From contig NC_068991.1 of assembly GCF_001194135.2 (NCBI RefSeq), forward strand, positions 58,445,651-58,495,628: a stretch of DNA of 49,978 bases, written 5' to 3'. Positions 35,398-48,480 of the stretch are shown here, one piece after another; within the stretch, counting starts at the first letter, position 1, and every line of letters begins with the position of its first letter. Below the pieces are notes generated by a model that was not told where the DNA came from, searched no databases, and saw only the letters and a list, made by a program, of their open reading frames with translations. The position numbers were made by a program, and so were the translations under genes. This DNA is from Octopus bimaculoides (Eukaryota).

Positions 35398-36292
35398 CAT
35401 CAGAATTTCCAGGAAGTAATTCCTCCCCCTCTTCGAACCTTTCCAGGAAATAACTCCTCAACTTCCTCCCTTCGTCAGAAGTTACCAGGAAGTAATTCCT
35501 ACCCTTCTTCACCCTCCTTGGAACTTTCCAGATATTAATTCCTCTACTCGGAATGTTCCAGGAAGTAATTCCTTCCCCTCCTCGAAATTATCCAAGAAGT
35601 AGCTCACCTTCCGAACTTACCAGGAAGTCCTCGGAAATTTCCAGTAAGTACCATCCTCGAAACTTTCCAGGAAAACCTCGGAACTCTCAAGTAAGTAGCC
35701 CATCCTCGGAACTTTCCAGTAATACATCGGAACTTTCGAGGAAATAGCTTAACATTGGAACTTTCCAGGAAAACCGCAGAACTTTCCAGGAACCACCATC
35801 CTCGGAACTTTTCAGGAAGTTGGTCATCCTCGCAACTTTCCAGGAAAACCTCGGAGCTTTCCAGGAAGTTGCTCATTCACGGAACTTTCCCGGAAGTAGC
35901 TCTTCCTCGGAACTTTCCTGGAACCCCCATCATCGGAACTTTCCAGGACGTTGGTCACCTTCGGATCTTTCCAGGAAAACCGCGGAACTTTCCAGGAACT
36001 GACGTTTTCTTAACTTTCCATGGAAACCTCGGAACTTTCCACGAAGTTCCATCCTCGGACATTTACAGTAGAACAGCGGAATTTTCCAGGAAGTTACTCA
36101 TCCTCGGAACTTTCCATGAAGTACCATACTCGGAACTTTCTAGGACGTTGCTCAACCTTGGAACTTTCCAGGAAGTTGTTCATCCTCGGAACTTTCCGTG
36201 AAGTACCAATCTCGGAACTTTTCAGGAAGTAGCTCATCCTCGGAACTTTCCAGGAAGTAGCTTATCCTCGGAAATTTCCAGGTTGCAGGCCC
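35398..36292. repeat. Minisatellite array of 21- and 28-bp units built on CGGAACTTTCCAGGAA
   Basis: 28-mer CGGAACTTTCCAGGAAGTAGCTCATCCT and 21-mer CGGAACTTTCCAGGAAAACCT are interleaved. Units are longer and more diverged at the left end. Confidence 0.92.
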
Positions 36293-36311
36293 AACCTTTC
36301 TAGTTCTCTCA

Positions 36312-36441
36312 CAGGATTTAGAAAATCTGAAGGACCGCTGCAATAAGTGTTTGAATCAGTGGAATATATTGAATAATATCATAATTAACTGATACTTTAT
36401 ATTCTTTTACCCAAAGCCGAGCCTTTCAGCAACCCTTTATA
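36312..36441 (+). mobile_element. mariner 3' fragment (transposase C-terminus plus right TIR)
   Basis: QDLENLKDRCNKCLNQ/EYIE* (mariner-like end RWxKCxxxxGEYxE*), then CCAAAGCCGAGCCTTTCAGCAACCCTTTA resembling a mariner TIR, followed by TA. Confidence 0.65.
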
Positions 36442-36734
36442 TATACTTCCATCACTTTACAGCTTCCTAAGAAGCATTCAGCCTTGAGTGCAGTGCATTT
36501 TATAGCAGAAACATCTGTCAGCTACTGAAGTTCGCTGATTAATTTCCTGTTCTTTAGTCATCTATTTAATATTAAATTCCGCTCTGTTCTCGACAAATGC
36601 TTTCTTCTGAACCTTGTGTAAATTGCCTAAGCGAAATATCAAAAATTCTCTTCATGTTCTGACCCCCTCTGACTTAGGTCTTCTTTTCCGTCGTATGAAT
36701 TTCAAAAATTGTCTTTTAACAATTCTCACTATAT

Positions 36735-37007
36735 CAGTGACTCTCAACTGGATTCTATATGTCACTTGGGTGGGACTGGTGGTCGCGTGGGGAGTAGATA
36801 AAAACTTTTGTTAAAATTTATGAACAATAAATTAGGTACTATTCTAAACTACTACAATATTTTCATAGTTTTTTTTGTATAGAATTCCTAATATTTAATT
36901 ATAAAATGTAACAGTTAATTTTTAAACATCGAATGGCTATGAGCGTCCACCTGAGTAAATTAGGAATGAAAGTAAGGTCCTTCAGAAAAAGTGGTTGGGA
37001 ATCAGTT
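36735..37007 (+). mobile_element. hAT-Charlie-type MITE
   Basis: CAGTGACTCTCAAC ... GGTTGGGAATCAGTT degenerate TIR pair; shares CATCGAATGGCTATG with 804-1140. Confidence 0.6.
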
Positions 37008-37867
37008 CTCATTATACTTTAATGATTAATTACACTGAAAAAAACCCATCCAGGAGCGCCAAGCAAGCAAAACAATAAAAGCATTGTGTGCTTTAATAAA
37101 CACACTCTTCATTGGTTCATTGTTGTTCATCTTCCACCATTGATTTCAAAAAACAAGCTTGTTACTCGGTATTCTTAGAGTAAATCAAATTTTCAAATTA
37201 TTGTAGCTGTTATTAGTGCATGCCTTTTGATGCGATTTTATTTTTTACTTGTTTCTATTTTTTTCATTACCTATAGGGGAATTCATTTGGCAAAAACAAT
37301 GTGAAAGTTTCCGAAATATTTATTATTAATTATAAATGCTGTTTTTGCTATAATTTGTTATTATAGTCGTTTATGTTACACTTGGTAGTAATACTGAAAT
37401 ATTAGTAGATTGCGTTTAATTATTGGCTTATATGTGTTTATGCGTGCGTGTGTGTGCGTGTGAGCGTGCGTGTGACACATCTCAAAACAATAGGGATTTA
37501 TTCAGTATTTGTTAGTTACGTACGTTTCGAATAGAATTGCATTTCTCAAAACGTGACAATGTTTTTTCTCTTAAATGTTTTATCTCTCATCCGCTGTGAC
37601 TATATGTTGAATTTACGCTGAACTCTTTCAGGGTTTCAAGTTCGTAGTTACAAATTTGATATGTGGCAAAAAGGGAATTTAGACTCTTTGTGAATTACTG
37701 TGGCATTCAGTGGACAATCTAGTTATCCCGTTTTTATAACAACACAGTGCTTATAACGTATTCACCTGGATCATTTGATCATTTTCCCTTCATATATATG
37801 GCGTGGCGCGGCCGTGTAGTGAGAAGTTTGCTACCGAGTTTATATGTGTATATAGATAGATAGATAA

Positions 37868-37938
<71 letters not shown>

Positions 37939-38666
37939 GATAGATAGATGCACACACACTCACACTTATGATCACTTTTAATCACTCTTTTATTTACTTT
38001 TGTTTATTATTTTCTCAATGAAATTGTTTACATATTGTTTTATCTTGTCCGCGCTAATGATGATAATGAAGTTGATGAATTTAATGTGGATGATCATAAA
38101 AAAAAACAACGGAATAAGAAGGGGATTAGTGGTAGAAACCTAAATGTGGAGGAGAGGAAGTGTATGAGAAAGATGCGGAGGAGTATGAAGAAGAGGGGGA
38201 GGAAATGGAGAGAGAAAGAGAGAAAGGGAGAGAGAAGGCGTAATCGGTAGAGAGAGGGTGTGAGGGACTTTGATAAAATTGGTTGATTACGAAGATGATG
38301 ATGATGATGGTGAAATTGATGAGGGTAAGAAGGAATGAAGACCAGCAGTAACAGTAGAAGGAGAAAGGGGTACAGAAGGTGTAGTAGGCGGAAGTTAATG
38401 GATGGAGTTGAGGGTATGGGGATCGGGGATCGGGAGAGACTAAATGACGAATGAAGAAGAGAACATCACAACACCACTAGGACAGATGATACGTTCGTTG
38501 TTGCTGTTGTTGTGCACGTTGTTGCTGCCTCAGCGGTTGGATTTGCTCCTGCCACCCCTGCTGCTGCTCCTGTTGTTGCTGTTGTTGTCATGCTGTTATT
38601 ATAGCTGATGCAGTTCTTCTATTTCTTCGCCATCTTCGCTTCATTCTTCTTCTTCTTCTTTTTCTT

Positions 38667-38722
<56 letters not shown>

Positions 38723-38935
38723 CATTATTATTATTATTATTATTATCCAATTTCTCTTCTTCATCCTCCTNNNNNNNNNNNNNNNNNNNNNNNNNNNNNN
38801 NNNNNNNNNNNNNNNNNNNNNNNNNNNNNNNNNNNNNNNNNNNNNNNNNNNNNNNNNNNNNNNNNNNNNNNNNNNNNNNNNNNNNNNNNNNNNNNNNNNN
38901 NNNNNNNNNNNNNNNNNNNNNNNNNNNNNNNNNNN

Positions 38936-38986
<51 letters not shown>

Positions 38987-39080
38987 TCCAATTTCTCTTC
39001 TTCATCCTCCTCCTCTTCTTCATCTGTTTCTTCTTCTTCTTTTTCTTCTTTTTCTTCTTCTTCTTCTTCTTCTTCTTCTT

Positions 39081-39145
<65 letters not shown>

Positions 39146-41635
39146 CCAATTTCTCTTCTTCATCCTCCTCCTTTTCTTCATCTGTTTTTTCTTCTTCGTC
39201 TTCTTCCTCCTCCTCCTCCTCCTCCTCCATCCCTTCCTCATCCACCTCTTATCACCGCTGCCGCTGCTGCTGCCGTTGCTGCTGTTGCTGCTGTCATCGT
39301 GTTTTGTAGTTGACGTTGTTAATGCTGAGTATTTTTGTATTATTTTTATATTATTTTATTTTATTTCATTTTTTTGTTGTTGTTGTTTCTTTGCTTCTTC
39401 TTTTACTATTTTTTAAACAAAAAAAAATCTTCTTCTTCTGATTGTTGTTGTTATTCTTAGTGTGGTTGTTTTCAGGAAAGAGGGTAGAATGCTTAAGCTT
39501 CATCAAATTTATCTTTTCTACTTCATTCCATGTTCAAACTTGCAATGTATGAGCATTTTCTCACGTTGGTATTTAGTTGTTTTTTTTTATTTATCCTCAT
39601 TTGTTTATTTTTATTTGTTGTCATTTATTTAAAAAAGAACAAAAAACTCTTCATTATTTTTCTTCTATTACATGGGTTCCGTGTTTACCGTTTTCCCTCT
39701 GCAGCCACGATAGAACTGCTGATAGTGTTGTAACGATGGTACTGATGATGATGATGATGATGACAGCACTGATGGTGATGGTGATGGTGGTGGTCGAGGT
39801 GGAGGCGGTCGGCGGCGGCGGTGGTGACGATGGAGATTGTAATACTAATCGTAATTGTTGTTACTGCTGCCGTATTTGTGTTGTTGTTGGTGGCGGTGGT
39901 AGTGGCGGTGGTGGTGGTTATAGTCGTGAGATTATGCCAAAAGCGAGAAAGATCATTTATTAATTAAACCTTACCATCCATACCCACTTCCCCACACTCA
40001 GACTCTTCAGGCACTGATGTTAACTTAATGTTGTTGTTGTTTTTTTTTTCTCTCTCACTCTCTCTCTCTGTCTCTCTCTTTTTTTTAAACATTTGTTATG
40101 CTTTATATTTTTGTTAGAAAATTCCTATTCATTTTCTCTAATTATTCATTCGTTTTAAAGGATTCTTTGTTGTAAATGTTGAAAACATGAAAGTCTTCTG
40201 TGTCCAGAGAGCTGAATTTATAATTATTCCCATGCTGCGTTTATGGAGGTAAGGGGGGGGGGGGTGTATGTGCAAGGAAAAATAAATGCATGAAAGAGCG
40301 GACATTGCACGAAATATGCAGCTGCGTCAAAACCACTTACCACATGTGTGCATTTAAGTAATACATGGATTTAAAAATGAGTAAGGGCATAATGACCTTC
40401 CGATTAAGATTTTACTGATCTTACTCGAACATAACATGTCACAATACGAGAAATACTCTTGTTGATGTTGCTATTGTCATCGGTGGTGGTGCTGATGGTG
40501 TCAGCGGCGGTTCTAATTCATGTATCGCTCTTCTAATTAGTCCTGATGCGGTGGGTGGTAATGGTGGTGGTGGTGCTAGCGATCGCTGCGGTTGTAGTAG
40601 ATCATTGTGGTTGGTGTTGTTGTTTTCAATGGTGGTTGTGGTGATGGCGGTTGTTTTCGTGGTGGCGGTTGCAGTGGAGGTAAAGGCGGCGGTGTAGTTG
40701 GTGTTGGTGGTAATTGATTTAACGGAGACGATTAAGGCGTTGGTAACGGTGGCCTGGAGGTAGTGCTGGTGGTGGTGCTGGTGGCGGTGCTGGTAGTGAT
40801 GATGGCGATGATGGTGGTGGTGATGCTGCTGTTGATGATGATGGTGGTGCTATTGGTGGTAGTGGTGTTGTTTATTTGTATTGGGTGGTGGCGGTTGTCA
40901 CTGTGGTGAAGGTGATGGTGGGAGAAGTGGTGATGGTGATGGTAGAGGTAGTGGGAGTAGAGGTGGTGGTGGTGATGGTAGAGGTGGTGGTGGTGGTGGT
41001 GGTGTTTGTTTTCTGGTGAAGGCTAGAGTGGGGGCGTTGGTAGCAGGGGTAGTGCCGTTGTTATTNNNNNNNNNNNNNNNNNNNNNNNNNNNNNNNNNNN
41101 NNNNNNNNNNNNNNNNNNNNNNNNNNNNNNNNNNNNNNNNNNNNNNNNNNNNNNNNNNNNNNNNNNNNNNNNNNNNNNNNNNNNNNNNNNNNNNNNNNNN
41201 NNNNNNNNNNNNNNNNNNNNNNNNNNNNNNNNNNNNNNNNNNNNNNNNNNNNNNNNNNNNNNNNNNNNNNNNNNNNNNNNNNNNNNNNNNNNNNNNNNNN
41301 NNNNNNNNNNNNNNNNNNNNNNNNNNNNNNNNNNNNNNNNNNNNNNNNNNNNNNNNNNNNNNNNNNNNNNNNNNNNNNNNNNNNNNNNNNNNNNNNNNNN
41401 NNNNNNNNNNNNNNNNNNNNNNNNNNNNNNNNNNNNNNNNNNNNNNNNNNNNNNNNNNNNNNNNNNNNNNNNNNNNNNNNNNNNNNNNNNNNNNNNNNNN
41501 NNNNNNNNNNNNNNNNNNNNNNNNNNNNNNNNNNNNNNNNNNNNNNNNNNNNNNNNNNNNNNNNNNNNNNNNNNNNNNNNNNNNNNNNNNNNNNNNNNNN
41601 NNNNNNNNNNNNNNNNNNNNNNNNNNNNNNNNNNN

Positions 41636-41740
41636 TGTTCTATCGATCACGTTTGCCGAACCGCTACATTACGTTTGTCAAGCGCTGATGGGGGACAAAC
41701 ACAAACACAATGACACACACACGCGCACGCACGCACACAC

Positions 41741-41779
<39 letters not shown>

Positions 41780-41961
41780 CATATGTATATGTGATGTGTG
41801 TATACGACGGGCTTCTTTCAGTTTCCTTATACCAAATCCACTCACAAGGTTCTGGTCGGCCCGAGCCCATAATAGAAGACACTTTCCCAAGATGTCACGC
41901 AGTGGGACTGAACCCGGAACCACATGATTGGGAAGCGGATTTCTTGCCACACAACCACGCC
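41636..41961 (-). mobile_element. SINE family A, near full length, 3' end lost in the gap
   Basis: Head and core at ~41810-41961, internal (CA)n, part of the 3' module at 41636-41700. Confidence 0.9.
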
Positions 41962-42039
41962 TGTAATTTTTTTCTGCTATACCTTTGTATTGCAAACACA
42001 CCAAATTCATGTACTGGTCATAAATGTAATGTAGAAATG

Positions 42040-42395
42040 TATAGGCGCAGTTTCGGGTTCAATTCTACTGCACGACACATTGGGCAGGTTTCTTCCATTG
42101 TAGCCACCGGCTGACCAGTGCCTTGTCAGTAAATTTTGTTGATGGAAACTCTGTGAAAGCTGGTCGTATGTATGCGTGTGTATGCGTATGTGTGTCTTAG
42201 CGTTTGCGTTTGTCGCCTCCTTGTTTGATACCCGGTGTTGATTTCTTTATGTTGCTGTATCGTAGTACTTCGGCAATAGAGAAAAATGGAATAATTAACA
42301 GACTTTTAAAAAAGTTAAGAACCGGGGATCTATTTCTCTGACTAAAACTCTTTAAGGTGGTGCCCCAGCTTTGCCGCATTCTAATGGATGATATA
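42040..42395 (+). mobile_element. SINE family A, old diverged copy
   Basis: cgggttcaattctactgcacgacacattgggcag..ggctgacc..gatggaaact..TG tract..cggtgttg..cttcggcaa..gactaaaactctttaaggtggtgccccagc. Confidence 0.7.
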
Positions 42396-42589
42396 AGTAA
42401 TTGATGCCGCAGTCTTATGGATGATATAATATCGAGATAGTAACGGCACCTTGTTACTATTTTTACAAGCTCTAAAAACTTGCGCATGAATCTTTACCAG
42501 GGAACATAAAGTTACTATATTTTACACGACCCCATCATATCGGTCCCAATCAGGTTCACCACACTTACCTGGAAGCTCAAAACATTTTG

Positions 42590-42797
42590 ATATGGTTTCA
42601 AATTTTGGCAGACTGCCAGAAATTTTAGGGGAAGAATAAGTCGACTCAAGTGCTCAACTGGTAGTTATTTTATCGCTCCTGAAAAGATGAAGAACATCTC
42701 TTCTGTTGCACTTGGACTCAGAAAGTAATGAAGCGAAAGAAATGCCACCAAGCATTTCGTCCGACGCGGTAACGATTCTGCCAGCTCGCTACCTTAT
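42590..42797 (-). mobile_element. SINE family B
   Basis: Minus strand AAGGTAGCGAGCTGGCAGAATCGTTACCGCGTCGGACGAAATGCTT..CTGAGTCCAAG..GCGATAAAATAACTACCAGTTGAGCACTTGAGTCGAC. Confidence 0.8.
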
Positions 42798-43149
42798 GGC
42801 TGGGACATATATTGCAAAGAATTTTGATAAAACGCTCTCATCACAACTAACCCACCACTCTAACTATTTTAGTTACTTTCTACCTCTCAGGGATAAGAAT
42901 GTCAAAACTGACTACACGAAAATTTGTTCTTGAAATTTAAGGCTTTAAAAAGCAATGGAAAGCATTTTGTCCGATATAAACGAATCTGCCAATTTATCAC
43001 CATTGTTTGTTGAAATGAGTGCAATATTGGTTGAGCATCGGATCAAATAACTTGTACATTTTAGATATGTGTCCTTTATGTCTTGTGTTTAAATTTCATA
43101 TACGTTCGCTTAGACTTTGCATCCCTCTTCCATTGATGATCTTGTTGAT

Positions 43150-43238
<89 letters not shown>

Positions 43239-43263
43239 GTATAGACATATACATACATATATA

Positions 43264-43683
43264 ATGGCTGTGTAGTAAGAAGCTTGCTTCGCAACGACAT
43301 GGTTCCTGATTGAATCCCACTGCATGGCAACTTGGGCGATTTTTTTCTACTCTCAGCTCAGGCTGACCAAAAACTTTGCCAGTGGGATTGGTACACGGAA
43401 GCTGAAAGAAGCCCCTCATATAGATATGTATATATCTATGCGTGTGAGTATGTTTGTGTCTATATTTTTCCCCTTCTTTATCACCTCTTGAGAACCGATG
43501 TTGGTGTGTTTATGACACCGTAAGAATAGCGGTTCGGCAAAAACACCGATAGAATATGTACTAGGCTTAAACAGTAAGCCCTAGAGTCGATTTGTTCGAC
43601 AAAAAAATTCCCTTCAAGGCAGTGCTCCAGCATGGCCACAGTCAAATGTCTGAAACAAGTGAAAAAATGAAGGAATTAAAGAA
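43264..43683 (+). mobile_element. SINE family A, full length
   Basis: atggctgtgtagtaagaagcttgc..aatcccactgcatggcaacttgggc..gctgaaagaagccc, short microsatellite, then gagaaccgatgttggtgtgttt..gcggttcggcaaaa..ctccagcatggccacagtcaaatgtctgaaacaag. Confidence 0.9.
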
Positions 43684-44561
43684 TTCACACACGCAAATGT
43701 CTGAAGCAAACTTTTAGCTGTGTGCACCAACCAACAGTGCAACATGCACATGAATGCAGTACAGTTGGTCTTCTGTCTATGCATACTTGGTCTAGATGTA
43801 TGTGTAATGCACTTGGTCCCTTTATTGCCAGTTGAAAATGGAACTTTGGGAAATGCGATATGTTTGTGTGAAACACTTTTCTAATATAGCTATAATGTAA
43901 TCCAAAACAGCCTAAAATAACTGATAATGCTGTGTGTGTGTTTGTCTGTGCATGTGTGTATGTGTGCGTGTATCCGAAAATATATCGGTCTTATGTGAGA
44001 AAGGTTTAATGAAAACTTAAAGTGGTTGAGATGTAAGTAGGTGAGAATATAGCTAGGATGTGAATCTTAAGCATAACGAAGTTACTGTGTGTGAAACATT
44101 AACCATGTAATAGATATACAACGTGGTAAAGGTTTATAAAATTTACAGTTATGAAGCTATACATGCGTAAGAAGAATATGGCAATACTATATGACTGGAG
44201 ATTCAAGACAGTAGAAAGAGATATATCTGCAAGTGCAATAGAAAGTAAGTACGGTATGTGAGTAAGATATGTATATAAAAAATAAATGCACTAATATGTA
44301 TAACTATATAAGACTACAGAAGTACACAAATACGCACCTATATACATATATACGTACGGACAGCCATACATATGCACATACATCTATTGCCCATGCGTAC
44401 AAAGACAGACACATGGAATATGTGCGTGCGTGTGTGTGCATGTGTGTGTGTGAGTGCGTGTGTGCGTGGGCGTGCATGTGTGCATGTGTACGCGTTTCTG
44501 TGTATCTGTGATCATATGTGTATACATGTATATATATGTATGTATGTATGTATGCATATGA

Positions 44562-44667
<106 letters not shown>

Positions 44668-44868
44668 TATATACATACATACATATGTATACGTAGATAG
44701 GGAGAGAGAGTGAGAGAGAGAGAGAGACGTTGATAGATAGGCAGATAGATAGATAGATAGATAGATAGATAAACATGCATATACTTATATATGCATACAT
44801 ACGTACGTACATAGATATAAATACACACACATATATACATATACAGATGTCTATATAAGGGTATGTGT

Positions 44869-44940
44869 GTGAGCGTGTGCATCTGTGAGCGTGTGCATCT
44901 GTGAGTGTGTGCATCTGTGAGTGTGTGCATCTGTGAGTGT
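44869..44940 (+). repeat. 16-bp minisatellite GTGAG(C/T)GTGTGCATCT, about 4.5 copies
   Basis: Direct reading. Confidence 0.85.
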
Positions 44941-45321
44941 GTTTGTGTGCGTGTGTTTGTGCGTATGCATGTGTGTGTATATGTGTGTGTGTGTGTGTAT
45001 GTATGTAGCATGTATATGTCTTTGTAAGTGTGAATGTGAGAGATATATATAAAGATATTGTGAGTGAAGGGGGAAAAAATATGCTATTGAGAATAAACGA
45101 ATAAAATTGTTGTGTGGCGGAAATGGAAAGGAAATTGGATGTATAGATTAATAGAAGACAGGTAATAATTTTAAGACAGATAGGGAGAAGAAGGGAATTC
45201 AAGGGGACACAGTCGGAAGGTTAATAAAAACAGAATGATCGAACAGACTTACAAACACATACATATATACCAGAATTATAGCCATGCATTCCAACATACA
45301 TTCACGCATATCTCTATAGTA

Positions 45322-45359
<38 letters not shown>

Positions 45360-46064
45360 TTATANNNNNNNNNNNNNNNNNNNNNNNNNNNNNNNNNNNN
45401 NNNNNNNNNNNNNNNNNNNNNNNNNNNNNNNNNNNNNNNNNNNNNNNNNNNNNNNNNNNNNNNNNNNNNNNNNNNNNNNNNNNNNNNNNNNNNNNNNNNN
45501 NNNNNNNNNNNNNNNNNNNNNNNNNNNNNNNNNNNNNNNNNNNNNNNNNNNNNNNNNNNNNNNNNNNNNNNNNNNNNNNNNNNNNNNNNNNNNNNNNNNN
45601 NNNNNNNNNNNNNNNNNNNNNNNNNNNNNNNNNNNNNNNNNNNNNNNNNNNNNNNNNNNNNNNNNNNNNNNNNNNNNNNNNNNNNNNNNNNNNNNNNNNN
45701 NNNNNNNNNNNNNNNNNNNNNNNNNNNNNNNNNNNNNNNNNNNNNNNNNNNNNNNNNNNNNNNNNNNNNNNNNNNNNNNNNNNNNNNNNNNNNNNNNNNN
45801 NNNNNNNNNNNNNNNNNNNNNNNNNNNNNNNNNNNNNNNNNNNNNNNNNNNNNNNNNNNNNNNNNNNNNNNNNNNNNNNNNNNNNNNNNNNNNNNNNNNN
45901 NNNNNNNNNNNNNNNNNNNNNNNNNNNNNNNNNNNNNNNNNNNNNNNNNNNNNNNNNNNNNNNNNNNNNNNNNNNNNNNNNNNNNNNNNNNNNNNNNNNN
46001 NNNNNNNNNNNNNNNNNNNNNNNNNNNNNNNNNNNNNNNNNNNNNNNNNNNNNNNNNNNNNNNN

Positions 46065-46107
<43 letters not shown>

Positions 46108-46464
46108 GCATACACACACATACACACATACACACACATATATATCTAATATTATATTATATATTATATATGCTTACGCACATACGAATCTATGATGAAC
46201 GCGAGAATAAAAAGAGAAAGCCCTACTACAATACACGAAGGAAATGGGAAAATCTGAGAATATATAAAGATATAATAGGAAAGATTTAAAGAGAAAAATA
46301 TGAACAAAAACAGCGATAAACATCTAAGAATAGAAGAATGATCGAATTACAGAATATGATATTATGAGGAGAAAAAGAATTAGACTGTGGTTATCTCCGG
46401 CACATGTGAGAATGTATAGGTGCATGTATGACAGCATACTCATACATTATACATACATACATAC

Positions 46465-46497
<33 letters not shown>

Positions 46498-46575
46498 TGA
46501 ACGTATATTTTTACACATACATATATGCATAGATATATGTATTATCCATATATATGCATGTATATATTTATATGA

Positions 46576-46641
<66 letters not shown>

Positions 46642-47537
46642 TGTATATANNNNNNNNNNNNNNNNNNNNNNNNNNNNNNNNNNNNNNNNNNNNNNNNNNN
46701 NNNNNNNNNNNNNNNNNNNNNNNNNNNNNNNNNNNNNNNNNNNNNNNNNNNNNNNNNNNNNNNNNNNNNNNNNNNNNNNNNNNNNNNNNNNNNNNNNNNN
46801 NNNNNNNNNNNNNNNNNNNNNNNNNNNNNNNNNNNNNNNNNNNNNNNNNNNNNNNNNNNNNNNNNNNNNNNNNNNNNNNNNNNNNNNNNNNNNNNNNNNN
46901 NNNNNNNNNNNNNNNNNNNNNNNNNNNNNNNNNNNNNNNNNNNNNNNNNNNNNNNNNNNNNNNNNNNNNNNNNNNNNNNNNNNNNNNNNNNNNNNNNNNN
47001 NNNNNNNNNNNNNNNNNNNNNNNNNNNNNNNNNNNNNNNNNNNNNNNNNNNNNNNNNNNNNNNNNNNNNNNNNNNNNNNNNNNNNNNNNNNNNNNNNNNN
47101 NNNNNNNNNNNNNNNNNNNNNNNNNNNNNNNNNNNNNNNNNNNNNNNNNNNNNNNNNNNNNNNNNNNNNNNNNNNNNNNNNNNNNNNNNNNNNNNNNNNN
47201 NNNNNNNNNNNNNNNNNNNNNNNNNNNNNNNNNNNNNNNNNNNNNNNNNNNNNNNNNNNNNNNNNNNNNNNNNNNNNNNNNNNNNNNNNNNNNNNNNNNN
47301 NNNNNNNNNNNNNNNNNNNNNNNNNNNNNNNNNNNNNNNNNNNNNNNNNNNNNNNNNNNNNNNNNNNNNNNNNNNNNNNNNNNNNNNNNNNNNNNNNNNN
47401 NNNNNNNNNNNNNNNNNNNNNNNNNNNNNNNNNNNNNNNNNNNNNNNNNNNNNNNNNNNNNNNNNNNNNNNNNNNNNNNNNNNNNNNNNNNNNNNNNNNN
47501 NNNNNNNNNNNNNNNNNNNNNNNNNNNNNNNNNACAC

Positions 47538-47586
<49 letters not shown>

Positions 47587-47591
47587 CATAT

Positions 47592-47751
47592 ATACGACGT
47601 GCTTCTTTCAGTTTCCGTCTACCAAATCCACTCACAAAGCTTTGGTTGGCCTAAAGGTATAGTAAAAGACACCTGCCCAAGGTGCCACGCAGTGGGACTG
47701 AACCCAGAACCATGTGATTGGTAAGCAAGCTACTTACCACACAGCCACTCC
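47592..47751 (-). mobile_element. SINE family A, 5' half, abutting a microsatellite and gap
   Basis: Close match to 4337-4493. Confidence 0.9.
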
Positions 47752-48166
47752 AATCTACTTCAGTTAATTGTTTTTCTCTTTTGTTATGAAATTTACGTTT
47801 TCATTCCATATTGGCTTTCGTGATTACCGTTCGTTAACTCTATATACAGTGTATAGGTCTTCTACGACGATGGGAAGACGGTTAAGTAAAACAATTTTGG
47901 CGTAAAAGGAGAAAGATGGCACATTTGAAAAAGTGCCCCGTGACCAGCGGCGTATAACATCCGATAGTCTGATCGATACAGAACATATAGGTAAGACATG
48001 TATGTATGTATGTATGTATGTATGTATGTATGTATGAATGTATGTATATATGTATATGCGTATGTATATATTTTATATAAATATACATGTATATAGATAG
48101 GTAGACAGAAAGTTAGATAGATTGATAGATAGATAGACAGACAGATAGACAGACAGACAGATAGAC

Positions 48167-48212
<46 letters not shown>

Positions 48213-48216
48213 GTTT

Positions 48217-48438
48217 GAAGGCGGCGATTTGGCAGAAACGTTAGCACACCGGGCGAAATGCTTAGCGGTATTTCGTCTGCCGTTACGTTCTGAGTTCAAA
48301 TTCCGCCGAGGTCGACATTGCCTTTCATCCTTTCGAGGTCTATATTTAAATACCAGTTACGCACTGGAGTCGATGTAATCGACTTACCCCCTTTGTTTGT
48401 CCTCTCTATGTTTAGCCCCTTGTGGGCAATAAAGAAGT

Positions 48439-48440
<2 letters not shown>
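48217..48440 (+). mobile_element. SINE family B, full length, alternative 3' tail, embedded in (GATA)n
   Basis: A-box-like TGGCAGAAACG, B box GAGTTCAAATTCC, core GTCGACATTGCCTTTCATCCTTTCG, tail CCCCTTGTGGGCAATAAAGAAG. Confidence 0.9.

Positions 48441-48480
<40 letters not shown>

Noticed and set aside
35398-36292. CRISPR-like array
   Set aside because: Units are contiguous, related tandem repeats without unique spacers, the context is eukaryotic, and there are no cas genes.
35553-36343. ORFs of 60-148 aa on both strands (ELSRK, GTFQE repeats)
   Set aside because: They are stop-poor translations of the minisatellite; overlapping ORFs in several frames indicate repeat structure, not coding.
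40160-40254. Possible host exon (AG..open frame..GAG|GTAAGG); similar isolated splice-like signals at 22027, 42569 (minus) and 48790-49000 (minus)
   Set aside because: The peptides match nothing I recognise and cannot be chained into a gene model. RNA-seq would be needed.
42563-42572. ACTTACCTGG resembling the U1 snRNA 5' end
   Set aside because: Only 10 nt with no downstream U1 sequence. It is equally a minus-strand splice-donor consensus or chance.
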